Assembly: GCA_951406725.2 (NCBI GenBank)
Contig: OX597815.1
Span: 62,000,001 to 62,064,000 of the forward strand
DNA length: 64,000 bases
Direction of reading: 5' to 3'
Source of the DNA: Octopus vulgaris
Lineage: Eukaryota
Below the pieces are notes generated by a model. The model saw only the letters and a program-made list of their open reading frames with translations. It was not told the origin of the DNA and did not search any database. The position numbers and the translations under genes were made by a program. Positions 1 to 12,737 of the stretch are shown here, piece by piece (position 1 is the first letter of the stretch; the number at the start of each line of letters is the position of its first letter).

Positions 1-600
1 TCTTTGCCTAAGTCTGTCTCCTAATGTGTTAACCATTGCCGTACTTCTTGGATGTTGCCGATGATATGCATGACTTGGGTTCCACTGCTTGGGTACCGTC
101 GGTAATATACCTACTCTGGTTGTGTGTGTCTGTGTATGTGTGCGCGCGTGTGTATGTGTATGAGTCAGCTTCTGTGCATGTGATAAATCGTATATGCGTT
201 TAATGTTTATGTATGTATGTATGTATGTTTGTACTCATGTGTATACGTTACTCTTTGTATGTGAATTGTAATACATATGTTTATACACACACATACACAT
301 ACACACACACATTCATTTAAGTTACAATATATGGATTCAAGTAATCCGGTAGTACTCATAAAAAAAGACTCCTTAAAGTATCATCGTACAAATCATATAG
401 ACTATATAGTAATACACACGAGAGATATTTTGCATTTTGCATTAATGCACGCATGTAAATAATTTATTTATTATTAAATATCATATTTTTAGTTATTTGT
501 ATGTTTTTAAGTTACGAAACAAATTTGTCGTGATCTTAGGATTTTTCTTATTGTCAAAGTTCATCTGAATATTTCTGTCATTTATGACTTTATATGTGTA

Positions 601-1009
601 TTCTTTCTTTTAGTCATTTGACTGTGGCCATGCTGGAGCACCGCCTTTAGTCGAGCAAATCGACCTCAGGACTTATTCTTTGTAAGCCTAATACTTATTC
701 TGTCGGTCTCTTTTGCCGAATCACTAAGTTACGGGGACGTAAACACACCAGCATCGGTTGTCAAGCGATGTTAAAGGGGCAAACAGACACACAAAGATAT
801 ACATACATACATACATACATACATACATACACAAACACTCGCACACACATACACACGCACACACACATACAGATATATATATATATTTATATATATATAT
901 ACGAGGCTATAATAGAAGACACTTGCCTGCCCATGGTGTCACGCAGTGGGACGGAACCCGGAACTATGTGGTTGGTAAACAAGATACTTACTACACAGCC
1001 ACTCCTGCG
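601..1009 (-). mobile_element. tRNA-headed SINE, family A, near full length
   Basis: Reverse complement matches the 58300-58712 copy: tRNA-like head (tggctgtgtagtaag...ggttccgtccc), internal microsatellite, 3' tail ggcggtgctccagcatggccacagtcaaatgact. Confidence 0.85.
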
Positions 1010-1014
1010 TCTGT

Positions 1015-1508
1015 GTGTGAGGTTTTTCTGGACTTGTACAATCACACCGGTTGGGCAGCTGACCTTTACAACAGTGCATGACCTTTGTTCCCTGTCCCAC
1101 AGAACAAAATCAGGTCTTATGTTTTCACCGAATTGCTATTTTCATTGGAGTGTTCAACCAGTATTCATTACTTTTAAGGTGTTGAATACCTGCTAGTTCT
1201 GACATGCCTTTGATATATACGTCAGGGCAGTCCTTCCTGCGGATAGCATTGTAAACAGTCTTTGTAACTATATCATGCCTCTGGGCAGGTAATATCTTTT
1301 ACATATTTTTGGGCAGCTGCTGATGCTGTGAGTGATATCTTCCACACTGGTATAGCAGAACCGACATTTTCAGTTACAACACGGTTGATGGTTTCTTTGT
1401 CCTTATTTATCAGGTATTTAGTAAGTAACTCCTCTTTCTTGAATAGCGACGGCATATGCTTCTCGGTGAGATGTAATATATCTATCGCAGGTCCAGGAGA
1501 GGCGACTC
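1015..1508 (-). pseudogene. Decayed C-terminal region (CCHC zinc knuckle + REL endonuclease) of an R4/Dong-like non-LTR retrotransposon
   Basis: Minus-strand translation across frameshifts gives KCRFCYTSVEDITHSISSCPK...RHDIVTKTVYNAI...PDFVLWDREQRSCTVVKVSCP, i.e. the CCHC, RHD and PD..D motifs. Confidence 0.8.
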
Positions 1509-1705
1509 TATGTATGTATGTATGTATGTATGTATGTATGTATGTATGTATGTATGTATGTATGTATGTATGTATGTATGTATGTATGTATGTATGTATG
1601 TATGTATGTATGCATGCATGCATGTATGTATGTATGTATTATATATGTATGTATGTATGAATGTATGTATGTATGTATGTATGTGTGTGTGCGTGCGTGC
1701 GTGCA

Positions 1706-1738
<33 letters not shown>
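1509..1738. repeat. (TATG)n/(TG)n microsatellite
   Basis: Directly visible tandem repeat. Confidence 0.95.
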
Positions 1739-2001
1739 ACAGAAAATTACATCTGAAACACGGGTGTTAGTGAACTGGTGGCACGCAGACATATCGGTGG
1801 GACTGGAATGATCTGTCCTCTACACTCTTTACAGACAAACCAGTCAAGTTTCGTCGAAGTCTACCTCACCTGTCGGGTGGGTACTCCAATAATGGCCGCT
1901 GACATTGGGGGCACTGTGGGTAATTTCGACTTATAACACTGCTCATAGAAGACTGAGATATTTGGGACTCTATCTTCATAGTTATATTAATGAATAACGC
2001 T

Positions 2002-2051
<50 letters not shown>

Positions 2052-2126
2052 TTGCGATTTTCTTGTTTTTGTAACTTTAGCTACGGTACTTACCTCTACG
2101 TAGCCATCACTGCAGTAGTAGTAGTC

Positions 2127-2170
<44 letters not shown>
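2002..2170. repeat. (TAC)n and (TAG)n trinucleotide tracts
   Basis: Directly visible. Confidence 0.9.
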
Positions 2171-2171
<1 letters not shown>

Positions 2172-2705
2172 ATTGTTGTAGCAGTAGTGACGGTGTATGT
2201 GATATAAATCCCCTGAGAGAGAGAGAGGAAGAGGTAGAAATACGTGAAACTGTCGTCGATGTGGTTTATTTTCTTCCACTTCGCTTCGATCCGGTTCCAT
2301 CCAGTTCTTGGTTCTGCTCTGTTCCACACTCCCGACTCTTTACACTATTCCACCAAAATTTCCACCCCTCTACACCTAATCAACCAATCAACCATGTAAT
2401 GAACTGCAGCTGTGCAGTTTAATGCATCTCTGAACATCCCTGAACTTGCAGTAAACATTGGAAAGCAAAGACGGAGTGAGCGGCGGCGGTGATGGGGGGT
2501 AGAGTGGGTGAGAGAGTAATTCTTAGAAACGAAACAAAATACAGCTTTCATCTGTTTGTTTTAGTGGTAGTAGTGGTGGTGGTGGTGATGGTAATGGTTG
2601 TAGTAGTAATAGCTAGGGTGGCAGTGATGGCAGTTGTAGTGGTATAGTTGCGGCAGCAACAGCATGTGTAGTAGTAGTAGTAGCAGTAGCAGCAGCAGCA
2701 GCAAC

Positions 2706-2768
<63 letters not shown>

Positions 2769-2924
2769 TGTAGTAGTAGTAGTAGTTGTTGTTGTAGTAG
2801 TAGTTAAAAAATGATAAGTAGTGTAGTTGTTGGGGTGGACTACGGGAGTGGGTTTGAGGATGTGGAGTAAGAGATATACAGAAAGCTACAAATATCACTA
2901 TTGCTCAATATTATAGTGGCAGCT

Positions 2925-3125
2925 AAGGCAGCGAGCTGGCAGAGGCGTTAGCTTACCGGTCAAAATGCATAGCGGCGTTTCGTCCGTCCTTACATTCTCA
3001 GTTCAAATTCCGCCGAGGTCGACTTTGTCTTTCATCCTTTTGGCTCGTTGAAATAAGTGCCAGTTGAGTATTGGGCATGACGTTATCGACTAGCCTCCTC
3101 CTCCGAAGTTGAGGTCTTGTAGGGA
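2925..3125 (+). mobile_element. SINE family B copy
   Basis: aggcagcgagctggcaga...gagttcaaattccgccgaggtcgactttg motif shared with many copies in the window. Confidence 0.8.
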
Positions 3126-3129
3126 GGAC

Positions 3130-3355
3130 ATTCTGTGAAAACGACCGGATCTGTGGATCGCGAAGAATTGGATTCTTTAAAACAACAATGCACCCTGTCA
3201 CCGAGTTCTCCTCATTCGTGAGTTTCTCGCCAAAAACAACATGGTATCACTTCTGCATCTGCCCGATTTGCCAGATTTAGCATCTGCGGACTTCCCCCTC
3301 TTCCCCAAAATGAAAATGTGGCTCAAAAGTTGCCGTTTTAACACCATCGTCGACA
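3130..3355 (+). pseudogene. Mariner/Tc1 transposase fragment (catalytic domain)
   Basis: Translates as KNWIL*NNNAPCHRVLLIREFLAKNNMVSLLHLPDLPDLASADFPLFPKMK, a decayed HDNAPxH...HPPYSPDLAPxDF motif. Confidence 0.85.
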
Positions 3356-3675
3356 CCGTTTTAACACCATTGTCATTTTTGTTTTCATATTTGTTTTCTA
3401 CATACTTGTTAATACCCATCAGGCTGGTTTATTAATCTTTTGTTCCTGGGTGAAGATCTTTATACTGGCCGGATAATGTAGTCCCTAAATGCACTGCATC
3501 TGAATAATAACCACATGGGATGGTCATGACTTGAGTGACTATGATCGTAGGTGTGATGTGTTTGATTAGTGCTGACCTAGGGTTAAACAGCAATGTAGAT
3601 CACGATCCCAAACATAACACCTTCTCGTCCTCAACACACAGTTACACTGTCGTCAATGCCACCACCACCACCACC

Positions 3676-3735
<60 letters not shown>

Positions 3736-4828
3736 AGCAGCAAATTTCCTTTACTCCCCTCCTGGTATCACCACAACCATAACTGAAATTTCCTCCCCTC
3801 TTCACATGCCCAACATCACTCCATGACCACGACCACGAACAAAACGACGACGACCACGAACAAAACGACGACGACGACCACCACCACCACCACCAACAAC
3901 AACGATTTTCTTCCTCCTATACACCCCCAACAACCCACCAACACTGCCGTCTATCCCCCGCCCCAATGACATCTTCGCAACTAATCTATCCAACACAGAT
4001 CGTCGTCTTTAACTCGTCATTGGTTTAACTCCTCCATTGTGGTTTCGTGTAAGTGAATGACTGGGATAGGAGGACAGTTAATGGTGCATTTTGGTAGCGG
4101 GGAAGGCGGTATCGTAGTGTCATGGGAAGGAGTAGAAGTGGGTGGGTGTATGTGTTGTTGGTGGAAATGATGTTGCTGCGGATGTCACGATAGGGTTGTC
4201 GTTGTTGTGATGTGTAAAGTTGTTATTTAACCCCAGGTCAGCAAGGATCCAATATACGAGATGTTCATGGTTAGAAAACCATAACCATCCGGTCTTTTAT
4301 ACAGCCTTTATATAGCGAGGTATATGAGTTACTTCCCTTAGCTGAGTTTTGTTTAATTTTTTGCAAATCTCCGTTGTCATAAATGCATTCTACCCCTTTT
4401 CTTTATCCTTAATTGCTGAAGATAGGTTAGTATAAATGCCACGCTAATGACGTCTATTGAAGCAGGAACATGTGTCCTCGACTGTCCTCTTATTTTCATT
4501 TAGTGTTCCTATCATTTTCCCCAATGGCACGTCAACTTTGGAGAATTCTTGGCTCTTGAGATTATCTCCCCTTCTTACGTGGCGCTGTCTTAGGAGGAGA
4601 TAGTTTAATAAATCAAGAAGAAAAGAAAAGAAAGAAGATGGAATTTGGTCAGTGTAGCATTTTTACAGCCCTAGGTTCCCTATTTCTAGCCATCAGCCGC
4701 AGGTTATTGTTTTCTTTTGCCATGGGTGAATAGTATTGACATCCAGTAAAGAAATTTGATAGCCCACAAACTTGTCTTATCAATTTGTGATACATGGATA
4801 TATGTGTATACATACGTGCATACATACA

Positions 4829-4892
<64 letters not shown>

Positions 4893-5002
4893 GTCCGGGT
4901 TGATTCGGGGTTAACCACAGTAAATAATACTCAATACATAGTATAAAATTAATTTATATATAGAAGGAGCTTCTACATATAGATGAAATCTTCAGGAAGC
5001 TC

Positions 5003-5057
5003 AAGGAGCTTCCTGAAGATTGGTCTTGAATGAAACAGTTTATCTGTAAAGCTCCTT
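5003..5057 (+). ncRNA. Type I hammerhead ribozyme-like motif within a fold-back element
   Basis: aaggagctt-c-CTGAAGA-ttggtcttgaat-GAAA-cagtttatctg-TA-aagctcctt; 9-bp stem I, weak stem II. Confidence 0.6.
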
Positions 5058-5064
5058 CTATATA

Positions 5065-5159
<95 letters not shown>

Positions 5160-5467
5160 TCGCTTGGTCAGAAGTGAGGGCTTGTGGCATTTGCTAAATC
5201 TATCGAATATGGTGTTGATAAAGGAAATCAAGCTATTTTCGTGCTTGTGATCTAGAAACATGTTCATCATTAACGGTAAGAGATTGGTTTCGTTTATTTG
5301 CTACTCCGTTTTTTGCGTATGTGAATCGCAGGGTTCGTCGTATTTGGAAAATCCACTTATAGAAAATGGAAAAAACAGTCTTTGACTGCCATTTCTAATT
5401 CCTCCGGTATGCGACGAGGCAGCCTGCTGCCCGCCCTTTAATTATTTTCACTATATATATATATATA

Positions 5468-5693
5468 CCGGAGCAAGTACATACATGTGAAACAAGGTGG
5501 AAAATAAGAGAACTCAAATACCAGAGGTAGAGTAATATGCTTCATTAAAAGCAGCAGAAATATCACAAAACCTACTACTTAAAGTTTCACGAACCCATTC
5601 GTCGGACAGTTTTGTTAGAATGCTCACAAAACTGTCCGACGAACGGGAACGTGAAATATCAGTTTTGTGAAATTTCTGCTGCTTTTAATAAAG

Positions 5694-5695
<2 letters not shown>
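5468..5695. mobile_element. Asymmetric fold-back element with hammerhead-like core (family also at 34597-34748 and 63860-63985)
   Basis: Inverted arms ttcgtcggacagttttgt / acaaaactgtccgacgaa and aaaagcagcagaaat / atttctgctgctttt; flanked by (TA)n. Confidence 0.65.
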
Positions 5696-5725
<30 letters not shown>

Positions 5726-6194
5726 TGTGTGTGTGTGTGTGCGTGCGTGTCTGTGTGCGTGCATGTGCGTGTGTGTGTATACATATATTTATACGTATAT
5801 GTATATGTATATATATAATGTTTTATATATATATGCAATGTTATAAATATATTGTATGTATTCGCCATGGTAGATCGCTAGCCACTACACATTCTTTATT
5901 TTGTCTCCTTGTTTCTTTCTGTGGAAGAGAGTAGGCTCGAAACGTTAAAGACTTTTTCATTTCCCGAGTGTTAAACTAATACATCTGTTTGTTGTCTACA
6001 CCACCTGTCTTCGTCTTTTATTTTGTTGTGAATTCTCCCTATATATGTATGTATGCATGTATGTATTCAAACACATATATATATTAACATATATGTGTAT
6101 GTATATATATATATTAACTATATACGTTAATCTTTATAGAAATACATACATATATATGTATATATCTAATTATTGTTCGTACACACACAAACGC

Positions 6195-6585
6195 TTTTAC
6201 TCTTTTACTTGTTTCAGTCATTTGACTACGCCTTTAGTCGAGCAAATCGACTCCAGGACACTTATTCTTTGTAAGCCTAGTACTTATTCTATCGGTCTCT
6301 TTTGCCGAACCGCTAAGTTACGGGGACGTAAGCACACTAGCGTCAGTTGTCAAGCGATGTTGGGGGGGGGGGGGGTGACAAACACAGATACACAAACTTA
6401 CACACAAAACGTACACACACACACATATATATAAATATACATATATACGACGGGCTTCTTTCAGTTTCCGTCTACCAAATCCACTCAAAAGGGTTTGGTC
6501 GGCCCGAGTCTATAGTATAAGACATTTGTCCAAGGTGACACTCAGTGGGACTGAACCCGGAACTATGTGGCTCGTAAGCAAGTAG
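6195..6585 (-). mobile_element. SINE family A copy
   Basis: Homology to 58300-58712. Confidence 0.8.
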
Positions 6586-6642
6586 AGATGTATGTATGTA
6601 TGTATGTATGTATGTATGTATGTATGTATGTATGTATGTATG

Positions 6643-6674
<32 letters not shown>

Positions 6675-6892
6675 CGTGTGTGTGTTTGTGTGTCTGTGTT
6701 TGTCCCCCTAGCATTGCTTGACAACCAATGCTGGTGTGTTTACGTCCCTGTCACTTAGCGGTTCGGCAAAAGAGACCGATAGAGTAAGTACTGGGCTTAC
6801 AAAGAATAAGTCCCGGGGCGATTTGCTCGACTAAAGGCGGTGCTCCAGCATGGCCGCAGTCAAATGACTGAAACAAGTAAAAGAGTAAAGAG

Positions 6893-6893
<1 letters not shown>
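6675..6893 (+). mobile_element. SINE family A, 3' half
   Basis: Ends ggcggtgctccagcatggccgcagtcaaatgactgaaacaagtaaaagagtaaagagta. Confidence 0.85.
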
Positions 6894-6990
<97 letters not shown>

Positions 6991-6991
<1 letters not shown>

Positions 6992-8189
6992 TAGCTGAAG
7001 GTGACCCGCTCTACGCGCGGGTAAGAGTGTGGGTGTTACTTTCTGTTGCTTCCTTTCAGCACGTAAAAAGCACCATCCGAACGTGGCCGATTGCAGCACC
7101 GCCTTGACTTGCTTCTGTGCTGGTGGCACGTAAAAAGCACCAACCGATCGTTGCCACTGCGAGCCCCCCTGGCACCAGTGCCGTCGGCACGAAAAAAGCA
7201 CTCACTACACTCACAGTGTGGTTGGCGTTAGGAAGGTCATCCACCTGTAGAAACACTGCCAGATCAGACTGGAGCCTGGTGCAGCCTCCTGGCTTCCGAG
7301 ACCCGGTCACACTGCCCAACCTGTGCTAGCACGGAAAACGGACGTTAAACGATGATGATGATGATGATTCTCCGTATTTGTTTCTCTCTCCTTTCTCTCT
7401 CACTTTCCCACTCTCTTACTTTTCTTTTCTCTCTGACTCTCCCTCGCTTTCTCTTACTCTCTATCTTTATCTATCTCTCTCCCATTTATAAACAACAGAA
7501 GATCTTGAGTAAGTTGAGAAATAAAATATTTAGAAAGATCAATCAGAAATATGAGGCAGTGGCAATGGAAAGGTCTGCTTCAAGGCAGACAGCAAAACGC
7601 TAACATTCAAAAGGGACAGACGAACTTGCGAGCTGAATAAAAATAATAAAATATTGGAAACCAAAGTTTGAAGGGATAGAATCTGAGGATAGTAGAGTCA
7701 CCATGACTGGCATTTGTTAACGACGGACAGCAACGTAGTGACAGTTTAACGACTGGCGTAAAATTTTGAACTTGATGTAAAAGAAAATTCGTAAACACCA
7801 ATTTTTGAAGTGATTCTTTCTCACGACAGTAGACTCACCATGGCAAGCATTCAAAACTTCTTTATCATGGACGGCAACACATTGACGATTAAAAGGCTGG
7901 CGCAAATTTTTTTAGCTTGATGCAACAGAGAATTCCTAAACACCCGCTCTTTGAAATTTTAATCCCCTTCCAGCCCCATTTAGACCCCTTTTCACATTTT
8001 GGTTAATATAACCCGATTTCATTCGGGTGTACTGGGGCCACATTTTATAAGATGAGGAATTTTGTCCTAGAGGTGACGCCTTTCATTTGAGGAACGAAAT
8101 AGTTGTGATGCAAACTTGTCAGCACCTTTAACATAGGTGTGCATATTTTCAGGTGAATCGACCGACTACGTAATGCACACATATATATA

Positions 8190-8190
<1 letters not shown>
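6991..8190 (-). mobile_element. Non-autonomous Helitron-like element (5' boundary uncertain)
   Basis: Minus strand ends cccgcgcgtagagcggg-tcaccttcag-CTAG|T, i.e. a GC-rich hairpin shortly before CTAG. Confidence 0.6.
7055..7367 (+). mobile_element. 3' part of a third SINE family with (GAT)n tail, nested in the Helitron-like element
   Basis: Repeated cacgtaaaaagcac units, ggcgttaggaaggtcatcc motif, end aaacggacgttaaac(gat)n. Confidence 0.65.
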
Positions 8191-8241
<51 letters not shown>

Positions 8242-8383
8242 ACGCATTATATATACAAATGTATACAAATGAGATATATATCTGTATAAATTAAATTAGA
8301 GATAAAACCACTAATAGGCAAATTAAACAGTGAAAAACCAAAAACAAAAACATAAAAAAAGAAAATATAACATAGAAAATATA

Positions 8384-9703
8384 TCTATATATATAAAACT
8401 GTAGTTGTGTGAGTGTCTGTCCCCTTCGATATAGATTCCTAACTACTCCCAAATTTTGCGGACGATTTTTAAAATAATTTAACATCATTTTTTATTCCAT
8501 TTTAATGCATATTTTTTCGTGTGTCGATGGCGGCGGAGTTGGCGTCCACGCTCACGCCTGCACCTGTGTTGCTTCTCCCTTCTTCCCTCCTCGTGAAGTT
8601 GTGGGGAAGGGAGTGTAAGGAAATCAACGTCGTAATGCGTTGTGAAGGAGAGCGTTCTTTTAGAACAACGACTTATGGCTTGAAGTCGCCAAAACAGAAA
8701 TCGCTAAAAAAGCTGAGATCCACAAAAACGGCAAAAACCGCCACACAGGGCAGGTTTCTGTGCAAACAATTTGCACAACCGAATGTTTTAGTTGTTTCTT
8801 TATATATAAAAGTAAGGTTGTGTGTCGTCTCCTACGATTTAGATTCCTAACTACTCCCAGATTTTGCGGTGCAGTTTAACCAAATTCGGGTATCTTATAG
8901 TCGTGATTCATATCGAGCCCGTCTGGGTATTAGCGCGCGTCTACGATGAGTGTACGATTTTAAAAATAATTTAACATCATTTTTTATTCCATTTTAATGC
9001 ATATTTTTTCGTGTGTCGATGGCGGCGGAGTTGGCGTCCACGCTCACGCCCGCACCTGTGTTGCTTCTCCCCCTTCTTCCCTCCCTCGTGAAGTTGTGGG
9101 GAAGGGAGTGTAAGGAAATCAACGTCGTAATGCGTTGTGAAGGAGTCCAGCGTTCTTTTAGAACAACGACTTCATGGCTTGAAGTCGCCAAAACAGAAAT
9201 CGCTAAAAAAGCTGAAACAGATCCACAAAAACGGCAAAAACCGCCACACAGGGCAGGTTTCCTGTGCAAACAATTTGCACAACCGAATGTTTTAGTTGTT
9301 GCACAAATCTTTATATATAAAAGTAAGGTTGTGTGTCTGTCTCCTACGATTTAGATTCCTAACTATTCCCACATTTTGCGGTGCAGTGTAACCAAAACCG
9401 GGTATCTTATAGTCGTGATTCATATCGAGCCCTTCTGGGTATTAGCGCGCGTCTACGATGAGTCTACGATTTAAAAAAAAATTACCATCATATTTTTCCA
9501 TTTTAATGCATTTTTCGCTATTATATAAGGGAAGTAACTCTCTAAAAATGTCTACGATGAGTCAACGATTAAAAAAAAAATTACCATCATTTTTTTATTC
9601 CATTTTAATGCATTTTTCGCTATTTTTTTTGCTATAACTCACTAAAAATGCTTATATAGTTATTTCCCTTACAAACCCGAGCAACGCCGGGCGATACTGC
9701 TAG
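8384..9703 (+). mobile_element. Non-autonomous Helitron with three head-to-tail 5' units
   Basis: A|TC start (tctatatatataaaa), similar starts at 8797 and 9308, 3' hairpin cccgagcaacgccggg followed by CTAG|T. Confidence 0.8.
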
Positions 9704-10049
9704 TAAAATATAAAATTGAAAACTTTAAATTATTTAAATTGAAAATAAAAATTATGAAATTATATTTATAATTTGTATGAAAAAGTATGAAAAAGTATGA
9801 AAAAGTTTAATATACATAAATACAGATATATACACTTTGTATATATACATTATATATACATATTTATATATAGAACACACACACACACACACATACATTA
9901 TATATACATATTTATATATATAACACACACACACACATACATTATATATACATATTTATATATAGAACACACACACACACATACATTATATATACATATT
10001 TATATATAGAACACACACACACATACATTATATATACATATATATATAG

Positions 10050-10085
<36 letters not shown>

Positions 10086-10532
10086 AATGAACGCAAGAAT
10101 ATCTGATTCATAATATTTGTTCTCATACTCGTGTGTTGATTGTTGGTGACAGACATATACTTCAGAGAACGCCGTCGAAGTGATAGGAAGGTAGGAAACA
10201 GAGTCAGTGAAAAAGAAAGGAAATAGCGATAGTGACAGATACTTTAAATAACCGTAGTGGCATTCTGAAAGTTATAAATGAAGAGGAGTGACAGAGTACT
10301 GGAGGAAATAGGGTGAGGTAGGAAGATGGCCCCCTAGAAACCACAGCTTTTAAGATAGGGATTTGTAAGGTAGCCCACGCGCATCGTCACCTCATTCTAC
10401 ATGTCCCTGTAAATTTTGGAGCGAATCGGACGGGATGTAGTGGCATTGAAAGCGAACCAAGCGGTAAAAAGGCATTTCAGTTTTATATATAGAGATATAT
10501 ATATATACATAGATATAGATATATATATATAC

Positions 10533-10648
<116 letters not shown>

Positions 10649-10728
10649 TGTATGTATTTATGTATGTATGTATGTATATATGTATGTATGTTTGTATATG
10701 TATGTATGCATGTATGTATATGTATGCA

Positions 10729-12702
10729 GAAAGTCTGCATCAGTCTCATGGAAAGGAGAGAGCAGATAAAGAAGCTTGGGTAATAGAAAATATAAATTCA
10801 AACCCTAAAGCTTTCTTTAAGTTTGCCAAAGAGACAGTCACATTGCACCAGAGAATAGGACCTGTCTTCCAAAAAGATGGCTCTCTCACAGGAAATCCCA
10901 CGAGGATAAGTGAAATACTGAACGAACAGTTCCAAAGTGTGTTCACTACACCTCTAGGACACAGGCAAGTAAACAACCCAGAAGAATTCTTTGCCACTTT
11001 ACCTGCGGCCAAAGAGGCAAAAATTGAGTATATCAACATTGAAGATGATGATATCACACTGGCCATAGATGAGATTGACATAAATTCAGCTGCTAGACCT
11101 GATGGATTTTCAGCGATCCTTCTCAAATCGTGCAAACGAGCCCTTGCAAAACCGCTACAGCTTCTTTTTCAGAGCTTTCTTGCAAGTGGTAAGCTCCCAG
11201 TCAAATTGAAAGAGGGGGTAATATGCCCTATCCATAAGGGAGGAAGCAGAGCAGATGCTAAAAATTATAGGCCTATCTCTCTGACGTCCGCAAGAAACTA
11301 ATCATGTTCCTTGAAGAAAATGACTTGCTGACTGACACCCAGCATGGATTTCGACCAGGTAGAAGCTGCCTAACACAGCTCCTGCAACACTATAACTGGG
11401 TGTTAAAACAGTTACTAAATGGCTCAAATGTGGATGTGATATATCTCGACTTTGCGAAAGCCTTTGATAAAGTCGACCACGGTATAATTTGTCACAAACT
11501 GCGTGGTCTCGGCATAGGTGGAAAACTTGGAGAGTGGCTGCACAACTTCCTAAAAGATAGAAGGCAGGCAGTTGTGACCAATGGAGCCACCTCCAAGGAA
11601 ACACAAATAACAAGCGGTGTTCCACAAGGCACTGTCTTGGGACCACTGCTGTTCATAGTGGCCCTTTCAGACATGCCCTCAGTTGCTAAGATAGCCACCC
11701 TTGCTAGCTATGCAGATGACACAAAAGTATCCCACACAATACAAAACCCTGGAAATATTGCACATCTGCAACAGGAGTTGGATACAATATACAGGTGGGC
11801 TGAGGACAACAACATGCAGTTTAATGCAGGTAAGTTCTAGGCCCTCCGCTACCGGCAAACAAAGGTAAACGGCATGCAAACTGGATACACTGGCCCGGGA
11901 AGAATTGCAATTCCTGAGTCAAAATCAGTGCGTGACCTGGGCATTGACATGAGCAATGATGCATCTTTCCAAGTGCATATTACTAATCTGGTGATAAAAT
12001 GAAGACGGCTAGCTGGATGGATTCTCCGAACTTTCAGAACAAGAGCGAAGGAGACACTGATGGTCCTCTGGAAAACTTTCGTCCTCAGCCGCTTGGACTA
12101 CTGCTCCCAACTATAGTCACCACACAATATAAAACTAACAGCAGAACTCGAAGCAATTCAAAGAAGCTACACAAAGAAGATCGTCTCAAAGCAACATATC
12201 AGCTACTGGGAAAGACTGAAAGTATTAAGCCTTTTCTCCCTAGAGCGAAGGCGGGAGAGATATGCGGTGATATACATCTGGAAAATCCTGGAGGGTCTTG
12301 TCCCAAACTTTGGTATTCAAAGTTACCCCAACCGCAGAACGGGGCGCCACTGCATGGTGCCAAAGATTCCAACATCACCATCAAAATACAGAACCAGATA
12401 CTGCAACAGCTTGGGTTTTAGAGGACCACAGCTCTTTAACATCCTCCCTAAATGCCTGAGAGACTTGCATGGTGTGGATGTGGGTTTCTTTAAAACTAAA
12501 CTGGATCTCTTCTTGTCGGGGATCCCAGATGAACCGACCTCACGACAGGTGACACAGGTGCGGGCAGCGGCATCGAACTCCCTTGTTGACCAAGTGCTAC
12601 GTATCAGAGGTGGATTCACATATTAGTGTAGCTCATTCAGCGGTGGTGCCCCAGCATGACCGCGGCCTTCGGGCTAAACATTTTTAAGGATTTAAGGATT
12701 TA
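10729..12702 (+). mobile_element. 5'-truncated, decayed CR1/L2-type LINE (reverse transcriptase pseudogene)
   Basis: ORFs 10648-11301, 11304-11840 and 12267-12626 carry NYRPISLTS, QHGFR, YLDFAKAFDKVDH, GVPQGTVLGPLLF and YADD; stops and frameshifts; (TTTAAGGA)n tail; probable TSD tatgtatgca. Confidence 0.93.
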
Positions 12703-12737
12703 TGTATGTATGCATATAAATATATATGAATAATATG

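Noticed and set aside
2002-2170. Potential hairpin between (TAC)n and (TAG)n tracts
   Set aside because: Trivial complementarity of abundant trinucleotide microsatellites.
7215-7265. ggcgttaggaaggtcatcc motif considered as an HDV-like ribozyme
   Set aside because: I could not construct the nested double pseudoknot by eye, so it is kept only as part of a SINE.
8521-9354. Duplicated ORFs MSMAAELASTLTPAP...
   Set aside because: They lie in the repeated Helitron units, start at GTG, and differ by frameshifting indels.
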